A DNA stretch of 64,000 bases from Smithellaceae bacterium (GTDB lineage Bacteria; Desulfobacterota; Syntrophia; Syntrophales; Smithellaceae), in the NCBI GenBank assembly GCA_030690945.1, contig JAUYFM010000007.1, positions 59,134 through 123,133 on the forward strand, in the 5' to 3' direction. Below, piece after piece: positions 8,783-19,242 of the stretch. The notes under the pieces are model-generated. The model ran no database searches. It was not told the DNA's origin and was given only the letters and a program-made list of their open reading frames with translations. Both the position numbers and the translations under genes were made by a program. The stretch's first letter is position 1, and every line of letters begins with the position of its first letter.

Positions 8783-11446
8783 GTGGAAGAAAACAGCTAT
8801 CATGTTGATAATTCAGGAGCACTTATGATTTTACCCGGGAATGATATTTGCAGCAATCGTTTACAGAACAAGAAACAGCCCTTCTTTAATCCCGCTGTTG
8901 CGGGACGAGCGTCAATTCTCCGCAGCTTGCTGCGATATCATGATGTTCATTTCATACCTCGACAGCTTGCTGCGAGGTGGTTGATTATCATCGTGATGTT
9001 GGGTGCATTCCTTAATGCAGACAGTGCCCCCGCTCAGTACCAGCCACAAATCACCGGCATCGAAGTCAATCAGGTCCTGGGGGTGCAAAAAGATAATCAC
9101 AAGTATTTTGTGGCCGGCAAAAATACGGTGGTGCGGGTGTTTCTCAGTCCGGGTGTAACCGTTGATCCGGCAGCCACCTGGTTGAATGTGTCGCGTGGTG
9201 GAAATCAGGTTTTTAAAATATATCCAAAAAAAACTGCGGGTAATGTAACCGCAGTTGATTTTCTGTGCAAGAATCTAACGTCCTGCGAGAAATGGGCGGC
9301 GGGTTCCTATAGATTTCAGCCTTACATCAACGGGACGGCCGGAAGCGTTTCCGATCCCTATGTGTTTTCCACCGGCGCCAAAGTACGTGTCCTGGCCGTG
9401 GCCGTAAAGGCCAACTACGGTGGCGGCGTCATCAAATCGATTTCTGATACGAAATGGAAGACAATGGGAAGTTTCATGCAAAACGTTTATCCACTTGCGG
9501 AGGATAACCTGGTCTGGACCGTCCGTGAGGCCGTTCTGGACGCCTCGGCGGTTTCCTATAATCTGGCAAAAGTGGATAAAGATGGTTATTGGCCCGGCTG
9601 TCATAAACTATCAAATACGCTGGCCAACCTCATTCCCTCCAAATGTAAAACAAGCCCCCAGAGCGAGGGGTGTTATGACCTTGTGTTAGGATTCATCAAA
9701 GATTCGATTACGATGGAGAATAGCCAGGGACTGGTCGGTTACGCCTACCCCGGATCCAAATCCGTTGTGGCCGTGGCAGGTGACGACGACGCTCCCGGGA
9801 CGGTTGCCCATGAATTAGCCCATCAGTATGGCATCGGCGATACTTATAACGATGCAACATTGTCTTCCATCAGTTGCAGCGTCAATCCTGCTCCAAACGG
9901 ATTCGAGGGGCGGGATTTGGACAAGGGTCTTCCGGAAGGCGTTGTCATCAGTTGTAACGCCGGTCGTCTACCCTCCACTCTCAAGGGGATAAAGTATGAT
10001 ATTAACGGAGCGCAGGTGGCTAAATCCGATCATCCCTACGAGGTATATGGCCGCGGACTTCTCGAGGAAATGGCCGACTTTATGAGCGCCGGCGGCGCCT
10101 GGCAAAAACAATTGTGGATTACGAAGGACAGCTATGACTGGCTCTTCCGGAAACTGGTTTTGCAGGAACCCGCGCTGCAAAAGAAATCCATGGTCAGGGC
10201 AGCGGCGGCATCCGCTCAGCGGTTTGTCAGTTTCTCCGGCACTCTTTCCAAAACCGGTATTGTCGAATTAAAACCATGGAAAAGCTATACAGATACTGTC
10301 ATCCTCGACGATTCAATCGGTTCCCTCATGGTGCAGGCTGTCAACAGCACCGGGGACGTTCTGGCCTCGACGTCTTTTACCGTCCAGTTTTATATGGTTC
10401 ATCCCCCTCGGACTTTAACGACGGCGCCTTTTGGGGGAGTTGTCAATTTCCCGGCCGGTACGGTCAAGTTCCAGATCGTTAAAGATGGCGCGGTGCTCGC
10501 CTCCGTTCCAGTCAGTAATCATGCACCAACCGTTACCGGCGTCACACCCCAAACATCGACCATACTCGCTGGTTCCTATACCATTACCTGGACGGGAAAC
10601 GATCCGGACGGCGATTCGCTTTTGTACACGGTAGAATACAATCCCGATGTGACCAATGCATCCTCCACCTGGATGATACTGGCCAATGAATTGGAAACGT
10701 CTTCCTGGATGGAAGATTTCAGCCGGCTTCCGGGTGGCAACCATGCCAAAATTCGGGTAACCGCTTACGATAGCGTGCTTTACGCAATAGCCGAAAGCGC
10801 CGAGTTTGTCGTGCCGCTCAAGAAACCGGAAGTAACTATCGATGAATTGCCCTGGGGAACAGTTTATAATTTGGGTGACGACATTCTTCTTATGGCCGAA
10901 GCTTATGATCCGCAGGATGGAGCGCTGCCGGACGACAAGATTAGATGGACATCGGACATTTCCGGTGAACTGGGGTATGGTTCCGAACTGATTGTTGAAG
11001 ATCTGCAAGCGGGCCGCCATACGATAACCGTAACCGCCACAAACAGCGCCGGATTATCTTCCAGCGCTACGCTTTCCGTGCAGGTGGGTTCTGGCTCTGG
11101 CACCGGGAGCGGACATTGCTTCATTGCCACGGCGGCCTTCGGTTCTTACCTGCACCCGTATGTCGGCCTGTTGCGTGACTTCCGGGATGAGTTTCTCCTG
11201 ACCAACCGGGTCGGACAAGCCTTTGTGCGCTGGTATTACAGAGTTTCCCCGCCGCTGGCCGATTTGATTGCGCAAAAAGCCTATGCCCGGGCGGCGGTGC
11301 GAGTTGTGCTACTGCCCACCGTTGGTTTCAGTGCCCTTGCCCTGAATATCGGTTTGTTCGGGAGTGTGTTTTTACTCTTGGCCTTCCTGTTTCTGGCCGG
11401 TATGGGCGTGAGAAAACTGGTTCGGTTCGGCAGTCAAAGAGATTAA
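8783..11446 (+). CDS. large exported HEXXH zinc-metalloprotease-like protein with Ig-like repeats and a CFIATAA-type C-terminal membrane anchor
   Basis: VAHELAHQYGIGDTY (HEXXH). Repeated beta-sandwich-like modules (TITWTGNDPDGDSLLYTVEY; YDPQDGALPDDKIRWTSD...GRHTITVTATNSAGLSS). GSGSGTGSG linker, then CFIATAAFGSYLHPYV...FRDEFL and a terminal TM. The start is uncertain: codons ~35-68 are a translated family-A repeat, and possible real starts are at 8981-8996. Confidence 0.6.
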   Translation: MEENSYHVDNSGALMILPGNDICSNRLQNKKQPFFNPAVAGRASILRSLLRYHDVHFIPRQLAARWLIIIVMLGAFLNADSAPAQYQPQITGIEVNQVLGVQKDNHKYFVAGKNTVVRVFLSPGVTVDPAATWLNVSRGGNQVFKIYPKKTAGNVTAVDFLCKNLTSCEKWAAGSYRFQPYINGTAGSVSDPYVFSTGAKVRVLAVAVKANYGGGVIKSISDTKWKTMGSFMQNVYPLAEDNLVWTVREAVLDASAVSYNLAKVDKDGYWPGCHKLSNTLANLIPSKCKTSPQSEGCYDLVLGFIKDSITMENSQGLVGYAYPGSKSVVAVAGDDDAPGTVAHELAHQYGIGDTYNDATLSSISCSVNPAPNGFEGRDLDKGLPEGVVISCNAGRLPSTLKGIKYDINGAQVAKSDHPYEVYGRGLLEEMADFMSAGGAWQKQLWITKDSYDWLFRKLVLQEPALQKKSMVRAAAASAQRFVSFSGTLSKTGIVELKPWKSYTDTVILDDSIGSLMVQAVNSTGDVLASTSFTVQFYMVHPPRTLTTAPFGGVVNFPAGTVKFQIVKDGAVLASVPVSNHAPTVTGVTPQTSTILAGSYTITWTGNDPDGDSLLYTVEYNPDVTNASSTWMILANELETSSWMEDFSRLPGGNHAKIRVTAYDSVLYAIAESAEFVVPLKKPEVTIDELPWGTVYNLGDDILLMAEAYDPQDGALPDDKIRWTSDISGELGYGSELIVEDLQAGRHTITVTATNSAGLSSSATLSVQVGSGSGTGSGHCFIATAAFGSYLHPYVGLLRDFRDEFLLTNRVGQAFVRWYYRVSPPLADLIAQKAYARAAVRVVLLPTVGFSALALNIGLFGSVFLLLAFLFLAGMGVRKLVRFGSQRD
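8885..8987 (+). repeat. family-A intergenic repeat, long form (103 bp)
   Basis: tttaatCCCGCtgttGCGGGacgagcgtcaattct + two copies of CAGCTTGCTGCGA 37 bp apart + ggtggttgatta. Near-identical to 36451-36553 (reverse-complemented). A short form is at 22885-22950. Confidence 0.8.
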
Positions 11447-11464
11447 TCTTTAAGGAGATATTTC

Positions 11465-12520
11465 ATGAAAACAAACCGTATTCACCGCATTTTGTATAGC
11501 GCATTACTTTTGGGATTCTTCATGCTCGTATTGATGCAATCCGCACTCGCTTGTACCCGCGCCGTCTATTTCGGCAAGGAAGGCCAGACCGTCACGGGCC
11601 GCACCATGGACTGGCTCGAAGACATGCAGTCCAACCTCTGGATCTTCCCGCGCGGCATGGCCCGCGGAGGCGACATGGGTAAAGAGTCCCTAAAATGGAC
11701 GAGCAAGTATGGCAGCGTGATCGCGTCCGGCTACGAGAGCGGTACCGCCGACGGCATGAACGAAAAGGGCCTGGTCGCCAACATGCTCTATCTCACCGAA
11801 TCGGAATACCCCCCGGATGACAAGCGGCCCACCCTCATCACCGGCGCGTGGACACAGTACATCCTCGATAATTTCGCAACGGTCGAAGAGGCCGTGGCAG
11901 CAATGCGCCTGGAAAAGTTTCGCGTGGTCACTGTCGCAGCCCCCAATGGCAAACCGGGCTCCGTCCACTTCTCGATCTCGGATGCCTCGGGCGATTCGGC
12001 CATTTTCGAGTACATCAACGGCAAGCTGGTTATCCATCACGGCAGGCAGTACCAGGTCATGACCAATTCGCCGATCTACAGCGAGCAGATCCCCCTGAAC
12101 GAGTACTGGAAGCAAATCGGCGGCACCGTCATGCTGCCGGGCACCAACCGCGCCGCGGACCGGTTCGCCCGCGCGTCATTCTACATCAATGCCGCCACCC
12201 AGTCCGCCGATCTGCGCGAGGCGGTTGCCGCCGTTTTCAGCGTCATGCGCAACGTCAGCGTGCCCCGCGGCATCAGCACGCCGACCCAGCCCAATATATC
12301 GTCCACAATCTGGCGTACGGTTGCGGACCAGAAGAATAAGGTTTACTTCTTCGAGAATACCGCAAGTCCGGGCCTTGTGTGGGTGCAACTCAATCAGATC
12401 GATTTCAAGCCGGATTCGGGCGTCCGTAAGCTCACCCTCCATGGCAATCCGGACCTGGGCGGGGACCAGACAACCCAGTTCAAGAAAGCTGAGGCGTTCA
12501 AGTTTCCGGCGCCGCATTAA
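11465..12520 (+). CDS. choloylglycine hydrolase family (linear amide C-N hydrolase, Ntn) exported enzyme
   Basis: Signal peptide ending ...SALA followed by Cys (CTRAVYFGKEG...GRTMDW), the pattern of an N-terminal-nucleophile Cys. RBS AAGGAG. Starts 18 nt after the protease gene. Confidence 0.85.
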   Translation: MKTNRIHRILYSALLLGFFMLVLMQSALACTRAVYFGKEGQTVTGRTMDWLEDMQSNLWIFPRGMARGGDMGKESLKWTSKYGSVIASGYESGTADGMNEKGLVANMLYLTESEYPPDDKRPTLITGAWTQYILDNFATVEEAVAAMRLEKFRVVTVAAPNGKPGSVHFSISDASGDSAIFEYINGKLVIHHGRQYQVMTNSPIYSEQIPLNEYWKQIGGTVMLPGTNRAADRFARASFYINAATQSADLREAVAAVFSVMRNVSVPRGISTPTQPNISSTIWRTVADQKNKVYFFENTASPGLVWVQLNQIDFKPDSGVRKLTLHGNPDLGGDQTTQFKKAEAFKFPAPH

Positions 12521-12541
12521 GCGAGGGTAACGAGAAGGATT

Positions 12542-14011
12542 ATGAATATGAAAAAAAATTCTGTTGTATGGTCGCTATTCCTGATTCTTGTCCTGACGTT
12601 GTTTGTCGGATGCGCAGGCAGTTCCAGTTACAATTCAACCGCTCCGCTAAGTGCCGAGAATGTCAATCTGATCTTTGTGGTAAGCCCGGATTTAGCTTAT
12701 CAGACACCAGGTGATGTCAATCCAGACACGGCTAACCTTACCAATCAGGGTTTACAGCGCTCGCTTCTCCTGGCCACATACCTGAAAACACAGGTTCTGG
12801 GAAGAAAGAACGTAAACGGCATTTACGTGCTTGCACCGATGACGCATTTGCAAACTGCAAACAATTACCCTGATATGGCAGCAATCTGGTATATTCAACA
12901 ATTTGCCCTTCTCAACCAGATCACTCTACCCGTTGATAAAAATGGGACCAGATATACCGCCAACAGCTACCTGATAAACGCAGCGTATGCTCCAGGGTCC
13001 GTGCCCAGCGGAGTTGTTTTGCCGACTACATACTGCCCTGATTGCCAGGGGCTGGATTTCAACAACACTAACGGCAACAACGATACGTTAGTATCCGGTA
13101 TCACCAATAAAAAAATCCCGGGTTATTATGTATTTTCGGCGCCTTGGGAGACAATCAGCGCCTTGTTGGCCAATATCAGCAGCCTACAGGGTTATAACCT
13201 GACTCTTCCGGCGACCTATATGGGTACAAATTATGTCTATGCGATCTCCATCGCTCCGTCGGGAGACGCTCGCCTGGTTACCTACAACAGCAACCTGAAG
13301 CCGCCTGCAACTTATCCTGTACTGCCATCGCCTGTGACACGCGCTTCATGCACATACGCGCAGCAGCCCTATTTCAGCACCACACGGACCGGAGGGGTTC
13401 ATGGCGTCGTAATTCCGGCGAACATCAACAAAAACCAGATAATTTACATTGTACGGCATGCAGAGGCGCATCCGGGGAACGTGTTTGAAGACGGCAACTA
13501 TGTGGGTGCAGGACAATGGCGCGCGCTGGAACTTCCCAATGCTCTGCGCGGCAAAATAAGTCCCAACATGGTTTATTCTATCGACCCCGCACAGTGGTTC
13601 AATGTTTCATCCGTCAGCCCCCCATTCAATGTTTCATACGTCAGGCCCTCATTAACGGTACTGCCCTATGCCATCGCCAATAATTTGCCCTATTATCTGG
13701 TTTCGAGCTTCTATATCGTGGATAAGAACGTTGCACAACTCGCCAGTAACTTTTTCTTTACCGGAGGTAATTTATCTAATAAAAACATACTACTGGCGTG
13801 GGAGTCCACACGCATTAAACCGCTGATAAATGCGCTCCTGAAAAGCTATGGCGGCAGCAGCCTCCCGCTCCTCGATCCCAATTGGCCGATCGACGACTAC
13901 GACACCATCTGGACCGTGACGCTTGACGCCTCAGGTAACCTGACGGTGGACAACGCGTTGTGCGAAGGCATCGATTCTGCGGCGCTGCCGGCCACGGCCC
14001 CTCAATTCTGA
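12542..14011 (+). CDS. lipoprotein with a histidine-phosphatase-like C-terminal domain
   Basis: Lipobox LFVGC. The C-terminal half has IVRHAEAHPG (RHG/RHAE-type motif of the histidine phosphatase superfamily). The N-terminal half shows a similar LTNQG..RS..LA.YLK pattern but lacks the RH dyad. Assessed by eye only. Confidence 0.5.
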   Translation: MNMKKNSVVWSLFLILVLTLFVGCAGSSSYNSTAPLSAENVNLIFVVSPDLAYQTPGDVNPDTANLTNQGLQRSLLLATYLKTQVLGRKNVNGIYVLAPMTHLQTANNYPDMAAIWYIQQFALLNQITLPVDKNGTRYTANSYLINAAYAPGSVPSGVVLPTTYCPDCQGLDFNNTNGNNDTLVSGITNKKIPGYYVFSAPWETISALLANISSLQGYNLTLPATYMGTNYVYAISIAPSGDARLVTYNSNLKPPATYPVLPSPVTRASCTYAQQPYFSTTRTGGVHGVVIPANINKNQIIYIVRHAEAHPGNVFEDGNYVGAGQWRALELPNALRGKISPNMVYSIDPAQWFNVSSVSPPFNVSYVRPSLTVLPYAIANNLPYYLVSSFYIVDKNVAQLASNFFFTGGNLSNKNILLAWESTRIKPLINALLKSYGGSSLPLLDPNWPIDDYDTIWTVTLDASGNLTVDNALCEGIDSAALPATAPQF

Positions 14012-14164
14012 CCGTCAGAGTGTACCACAGCAAGGGTATTGTGAAGTTTATCGAACCCGAACAATACCGGAGCTATGAAGGCTCGGATATCTCCGGACAG
14101 GAAGCTATTATTAAGATGCTGAAGACAAAAAAACCCCAGATGGGAAATGTATTCGTTTCTTTAG

Positions 14165-15982
14165 TTATTCATCCTTGTGGGCTTTCATCTGGCGGCGTGT
14201 GGCGGAGAGTTCCATTTTGCGCAGACGCACGCTTTGCGGCGTGACTTCCACCAACTCATCTTCGGCGATAAACTCGATGGCCTGATCCAGCGAAAATAGA
14301 CGCGGCGGACGCAAAATAATTGTAGCATCCGAAGTGGACGCCCGCATGTTGGTCAGTTTCTTTTCCTTGACGATATTGACATTGATGTCCTGGGTGCGGT
14401 TGCGTTCGCCCACGACCATGCCTTCGTAAACATTCGTGCCGACTTCCACGACCATTTCCCCGCGATCATCCATGGCAAAGCTGGCGTAAGAGGTCACGCG
14501 TCCGCCGCGATCGGCCACCAGCACGCCTGTGCTGCGCTGGGGAATCGCGCCAAACCACGGGGCATAATCTTCCAGAAGCGAATTCATCACGCCGCCGCCT
14601 TTGGTATCGGTTAAAAACTGGCTGCGGAAGCCGATCAGGCCACGTGAGGGAATCAGAAACTCCATGCTGACCCGGCCGCTGCCTTTATTCACCAGGCTTT
14701 CCAGCCGGCCTTTGCGAATGGACAGCTTTTCGGTAATCTTTCCCACAAAATCTTCGGGGATATCCAGAAACAATCTTTCCACCGGCTCGACGGTTTTGCC
14801 GTCCTGCATTTTGGTGATGACCTGGGGTTTCGACACCATCAGCTCGTAGCCTTCGCGGCGCATGGTTTCAATGAGCACCGCCATCTGCAATTCACCGCGT
14901 CCGCAGACTTCAAAGGCATCGGTCCGATCCAGCTTTTTGATTTTGACAGCCACATTGCGCAGCGATTCTTTTTCCAGCCGTTCCAGCAAATGACGTGATG
15001 TCAGGTATTTACCTTCCGTTCCGGCAAAGGGACCGTTATTGACATAAAACACCATGGACACGGTCGGCTCGTCCACGATCAAACGCGGCAAGGGCTGCGG
15101 GTTGTCCAGGGATGAAATCGTATCGCCGATGGTGACATTTTCCACACCGGCCAAAGAGAGAATATCGCCCGACTCCGCGACGGTGATCGGTTTTTTAGCC
15201 AGGCCATGAAACTCATAAAGGGCGGACAGTTTCACGCCGCTCACAATTTTCTCCTTGGCGCAAAGGCTGTAGGGCTTATTCATTTCCAGCTTTCCGCTTT
15301 GCAGGCGGCCGACGGCAATCTGGCCGACATAAGAATCATAATCCAGGTTAGTGACCAGGAATTGCGTATTGCCATCATCATCGCCCACAGGCGCCGGGAT
15401 GGAATCAATAATGGCTTGCAGAAGCGGCTGAAGATCGGAGCTGTCGTCGCCCAGTTTCTTGTGGCTGACGCCGATTTTGGAATTGGTGTATAAAATCGGG
15501 AAATCGATTTGATGTTCTTCTGCACCCAGATCAATGAAGAGATCGTACGTTTCATTGATAACCTCCTCAATGCGGGCGTCGGGGCGGTCAATTTTATTGA
15601 TGACCAGAATGATCGGCAGATGCAGGGCAAGCGCCTTTTTTAACACAAAACGAGTTTGAGGCAGCGGGCCTTCGCTGGCATCGACCAGCAGCATTGCGCC
15701 GTCCACCATGTTGAGGCTGCGTTCGACCTCGCCGCCAAAATCGGCATGGCCGGGTGTATCGACAATATTTATTTTTACGCCGTTATAGTCTATCGCTGTG
15801 TTTTTTGCCGCAATCGTTATGCCGCGTTCCTTTTCCAGCGCCATCGAATCCATTATGCGGTCTTCCACCGCCTGATTGACGCGGAAAATGCCGGTCTGTT
15901 TGAGCATGGCGTTAAGCAGGGTGGTTTTTCCATGGTCAACATGGGCAATAATAGCAACATTTCTTAAATGATCTTTTTTCAT
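14165..15982 (-). CDS. typA: translational GTPase TypA/BipA
   Basis: G1 [11 protein letters not shown]3 [16 protein letters not shown]. 605 aa with EF-G-like domains. Confidence 0.95.
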   Translation of the reverse strand: MKKDHLRNVAIIAHVDHGKTTLLNAMLKQTGIFRVNQAVEDRIMDSMALEKERGITIAAKNTAIDYNGVKINIVDTPGHADFGGEVERSLNMVDGAMLLVDASEGPLPQTRFVLKKALALHLPIILVINKIDRPDARIEEVINETYDLFIDLGAEEHQIDFPILYTNSKIGVSHKKLGDDSSDLQPLLQAIIDSIPAPVGDDDGNTQFLVTNLDYDSYVGQIAVGRLQSGKLEMNKPYSLCAKEKIVSGVKLSALYEFHGLAKKPITVAESGDILSLAGVENVTIGDTISSLDNPQPLPRLIVDEPTVSMVFYVNNGPFAGTEGKYLTSRHLLERLEKESLRNVAVKIKKLDRTDAFEVCGRGELQMAVLIETMRREGYELMVSKPQVITKMQDGKTVEPVERLFLDIPEDFVGKITEKLSIRKGRLESLVNKGSGRVSMEFLIPSRGLIGFRSQFLTDTKGGGVMNSLLEDYAPWFGAIPQRSTGVLVADRGGRVTSYASFAMDDRGEMVVEVGTNVYEGMVVGERNRTQDINVNIVKEKKLTNMRASTSDATIILRPPRLFSLDQAIEFIAEDELVEVTPQSVRLRKMELSATRRQMKAHKDE

Positions 15983-16208
15983 TTTTCTCTTTCTTATGGG
16001 TCATCGAGATTAAGTAGTATCGGATAGAATAAAACTATTCTTTACTGAAGGGATGTCCATTACCTTAATTTTTGTAACTAAGTGGACTCTTCCATAGCAA
16101 AATATGATTCATTTAACCAGCTATTTTTTCTGGATAATTACACCTTCTCCCTTTATTTTGGGGAAATAGGACGATTTCTTCATAATGTTGGGATGTTGAA
16201 GGGCAGCC

Positions 16209-16237
16209 TTTACAAATCGTCATCGAATCACTATAAT
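16209..16237 (+). promoter_or_regulatory. sigma-70 consensus-like promoter of hsp20-lon
   Basis: TTTACA (16209-16214), 17-nt spacer, TATAAT (16232-16237). 40 nt upstream of the hsp20 ATG. Confidence 0.45.
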
Positions 16238-16276
16238 TTTATAAATATTAAAAAACTGATCCAAGAGGCGGCGGCA

Positions 16277-16717
16277 ATGACTTACATAAAAATTAATTTC
16301 GGCGGCAATTTTGAAGATGAGTTTCAAAAAGCGGTGGATGAAATTTTTCATCTGGTGCGTCCGGCCTTCAAAAATTATGAATGTATCTGGCGTCCCAACA
16401 TTGATGTGTACGAATCGGCCGAGGAGGTCATCGTGCTTGCGGACATGGCGGGACTGAACAAAGACGAATTACATATCGAGGTGGACCGGGAAAAAATTAA
16501 AATCGCCGGCATTCGCAAGGCGATTCGGCTTTTGCAAAACGCCCGCTACTGTCAGGCGGAAATTCCGCACGGCTATTTCGAAAGAAATGTTGCCCTGCCC
16601 GCGCAAGTGGACGGTGAATCCGCGGTTGCATCTTATGCCGATGGTATTTTGATGGTGAGGATGAACAAGCTGCCGGTCCATAAAGCGCATCGCGTGTCGG
16701 TCATTTCGACGAAATAG
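16277..16717 (+). CDS. Hsp20/alpha-crystallin family small heat-shock protein
   Basis: ATG at 16277 with AAGAGG upstream. Alpha-crystallin core (WRPNIDVYES...VVLADMAGL...GILMVRM). The longer track ORF from 16082 is an AT-rich extension. Confidence 0.85.
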   Translation: MTYIKINFGGNFEDEFQKAVDEIFHLVRPAFKNYECIWRPNIDVYESAEEVIVLADMAGLNKDELHIEVDREKIKIAGIRKAIRLLQNARYCQAEIPHGYFERNVALPAQVDGESAVASYADGILMVRMNKLPVHKAHRVSVISTK

Positions 16718-16752
16718 CTGATTTTTTCTCGACAACAACATTGGAGGTTATC

Positions 16753-19212
16753 ATGACTCAACAAAACGGGTCTGAAAATAAAAATAATTTCAATATTCCG
16801 GAAGTGATTCCAATTCTTCCGTTACAAAATGTATTGGTGTTTCCCAAAACCATGATTCCGCTGGAAGTCACGGGCAGCGCTTCGCTATTGGTGGACGAAG
16901 CCATGACCAAAGACCGCCTGGTGGGGCTCATCATGACAAAAAAAGATCCGGAGACACCCGACCAATATACACTTGACGAGATGCATCAAGTGGGCACCTG
17001 CGCCATGATCCTGAAGATGGCCAAAACGTCGGAAAACCGAACGCAGTTGCTTTTACAGGGCGTCAGCCGTTTTTCGATAGAGGAACTGATTGCAGGCAAA
17101 TCCTATCAACAGGCGCGTATTAAATTGATTGAGGAGAAGGAGGTCAAAGATCTGGAGACCGAAGCTCTGATGTCTAATTTACTGTCACTGTTCGACCGCA
17201 TATTAAAGCTTTCACCTTTTCTGCCGCCGGAGTTTGGTTCGATGGCCAAGTCCGTCACAGAGGCCGGGACACTCGCCGATCTGATCACGTCGGTTATCAA
17301 CGCGCCGGTGGAGGAGAAGCAGAAAGTGCTCGATACCGCCGACGTGAAAAAGCGCCTCAAGGAACTGACCCGTCTGGTCAATCACCAGATGGAAGTCCTC
17401 GAACTGGGCAATAAAATTCAGACCAAGGTGAAAGACGACATCGACAAAAATCAGCGCGAATATTACCTGCGCCAGCAGTTGAAGGCCATCAAACAAGAAC
17501 TGGGCGAAACCGACGAAAATGCAGTGGAGACGGATGAGTACCGCAAAAAGATTGAGGAGAAGAATATGCCCGAAGAGGCAAAAAAAGAGGCGCTGCGCGA
17601 GCTGGAGCGGCTCTCCCGCATGAATCCGTCTTCGGCGGAATACACGGTATCCTCGACCTATCTGGACTGGATAACGGCGCTGCCCTGGAACGAGAGCACG
17701 ACGGATAATCTGGATATCCCCAAGGCGCGCCAGGTTCTGGATGAAGACCACTATGGGCTGGCCAAAGCCAAGAAACGCATCATCGAGTATCTGGCCGTGC
17801 GCAAACTCAAACCGGATTCCAAGGGACCGATTCTTTGCTTTGTTGGCCCTCCGGGCACGGGCAAGACATCGCTGGGTCATTCCATCGCCCGGGCGCTTGC
17901 CCGCAAGTTTGTGCGCATATCGCTGGGCGGCGTACGGGATGAAGCGGAAATCCGCGGTCATCGCCGCACCTATGTCGGCGCTTTGCCCGGACGGATTATT
18001 CAGAGTCTGCGGCGGGCGGAGTCGAACAACCCTGTGTTCATGCTCGATGAAATCGATAAAGTCGGCAGCGATTTCCGGGGAGACCCCTCGTCGGCCCTGC
18101 TGGAAGTTTTAGATCCACAGCAGAACAACACGTTTTCCGATCACTATCTGGACGTGCCGTTTGATCTGTCACACGTCGTGTTTATCGCAACGGCCAACGT
18201 GCTGGACACCATTCCTCCGGCGTTGCTGGATCGCCTGGAAGTCATCGAGCTGACGGGCTACACACAGGAAGAAAAAGTGAAAATCGCCGAACGGTATTTA
18301 ATCCCGCGGCAATTGAAGGAAAACGGCCTGACCGCGCCGCAGTTCAAGATGACGGCCAAGGCGCTCACCACCGTGATTACCGGCTACACGCGGGAAGCGG
18401 GCGTGCGCAATCTGGAGCGCGAAATCGCCAGCGCCTGCCGGGGTGTGGCCGCGCAGATTGCCGAAGGCAGCATCAAAGCGAAAACGCTGACGGAAAAAGA
18501 TATTCACAATTATCTGGGGCCGGTTCGCGTTCCGACGGATATTGACGCGCGCATTACCAAGCCCGGCATCGCCATCGGCCTGGCCTGGACACCGGTGGGC
18601 GGCGACATGCTCTTTATCGAAGCCACGGCCATGAAAGGTAAAAAAGGTCTCACCCTGACCGGACAATTAGGCGACGTTATGAAGGAGTCGGTTTCGGCGG
18701 CGTTGAGCTTTATTCGTACCAACGCCAAAGAGCTGGGTGTGGATCCGGATTTCTTCGATGAACGGGATATTCACATTCATGTTCCGGCGGGCGCGATTCC
18801 CAAGGATGGACCGTCGGCGGGCGTGACGATGCTCACGGCTTTGACCTCCTTACTCACCAATCGGAAGGTTAAAAAGCACCTGGCCATGACCGGCGAAATC
18901 ACATTGCGCGGTGCGGTGCTGCCGGTGGGCGGCATCAAGGAAAAAGTGCTGGCGGCCTATCGGGCCGGCATCAAAACCCTAATTTTGCCTGCATGGAACC
19001 GCAAGGATATAGAAGATATTCCAGCCAACGTGCAAAAAAGCATCACCTTTCATTTCGTCAGCGACATGATGGACGTCGTGAAACTGGCGCTGGAAAATGG
19101 CGACTGGAAAAAACCGACCAAGGGGCCGCAGAGGAAGGCGAGGGCCACATCGACAAAGATCAGGAAGCCAACGACAAAAGAGAAAACGAAAGGATCAGCA
19201 AAACGTAAATAG
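16753..19212 (+). CDS. lon: ATP-dependent Lon protease
   Basis: LON N-domain. Walker [10 protein letters not shown]. Protease motif [12 protein letters not shown] at 16753 after GGAGG. Unusual Lys/Arg/Thr-rich C-terminal tail of about 45 aa. Confidence 0.95.
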   Translation: MTQQNGSENKNNFNIPEVIPILPLQNVLVFPKTMIPLEVTGSASLLVDEAMTKDRLVGLIMTKKDPETPDQYTLDEMHQVGTCAMILKMAKTSENRTQLLLQGVSRFSIEELIAGKSYQQARIKLIEEKEVKDLETEALMSNLLSLFDRILKLSPFLPPEFGSMAKSVTEAGTLADLITSVINAPVEEKQKVLDTADVKKRLKELTRLVNHQMEVLELGNKIQTKVKDDIDKNQREYYLRQQLKAIKQELGETDENAVETDEYRKKIEEKNMPEEAKKEALRELERLSRMNPSSAEYTVSSTYLDWITALPWNESTTDNLDIPKARQVLDEDHYGLAKAKKRIIEYLAVRKLKPDSKGPILCFVGPPGTGKTSLGHSIARALARKFVRISLGGVRDEAEIRGHRRTYVGALPGRIIQSLRRAESNNPVFMLDEIDKVGSDFRGDPSSALLEVLDPQQNNTFSDHYLDVPFDLSHVVFIATANVLDTIPPALLDRLEVIELTGYTQEEKVKIAERYLIPRQLKENGLTAPQFKMTAKALTTVITGYTREAGVRNLEREIASACRGVAAQIAEGSIKAKTLTEKDIHNYLGPVRVPTDIDARITKPGIAIGLAWTPVGGDMLFIEATAMKGKKGLTLTGQLGDVMKESVSAALSFIRTNAKELGVDPDFFDERDIHIHVPAGAIPKDGPSAGVTMLTALTSLLTNRKVKKHLAMTGEITLRGAVLPVGGIKEKVLAAYRAGIKTLILPAWNRKDIEDIPANVQKSITFHFVSDMMDVVKLALENGDWKKPTKGPQRKARATSTKIRKPTTKEKTKGSAKRK

Positions 19213-19242
19213 CAAAGCAGGCTAACGAAAAGGGGATTTTAT

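Noticed and set aside
8885-8925. The hairpin-containing family-A repeat (CCCGC-tgtt-GCGGG) resembles a CRISPR repeat.
   Set aside because: Only three isolated copies exist, 14 kb apart. There is no repeat-spacer periodicity and no cas genes. The copies extend to 66-103 bp with their own terminal repeats.
14012-14164. Candidate terminators in the convergent gap between the lipoprotein gene and typA (CCGGAG...CTCCGG; cccatctgggg followed by T7 on the minus strand).
   Set aside because: The stems are 4-6 bp, with either a very long or a 2-nt loop. They are too weak to call.
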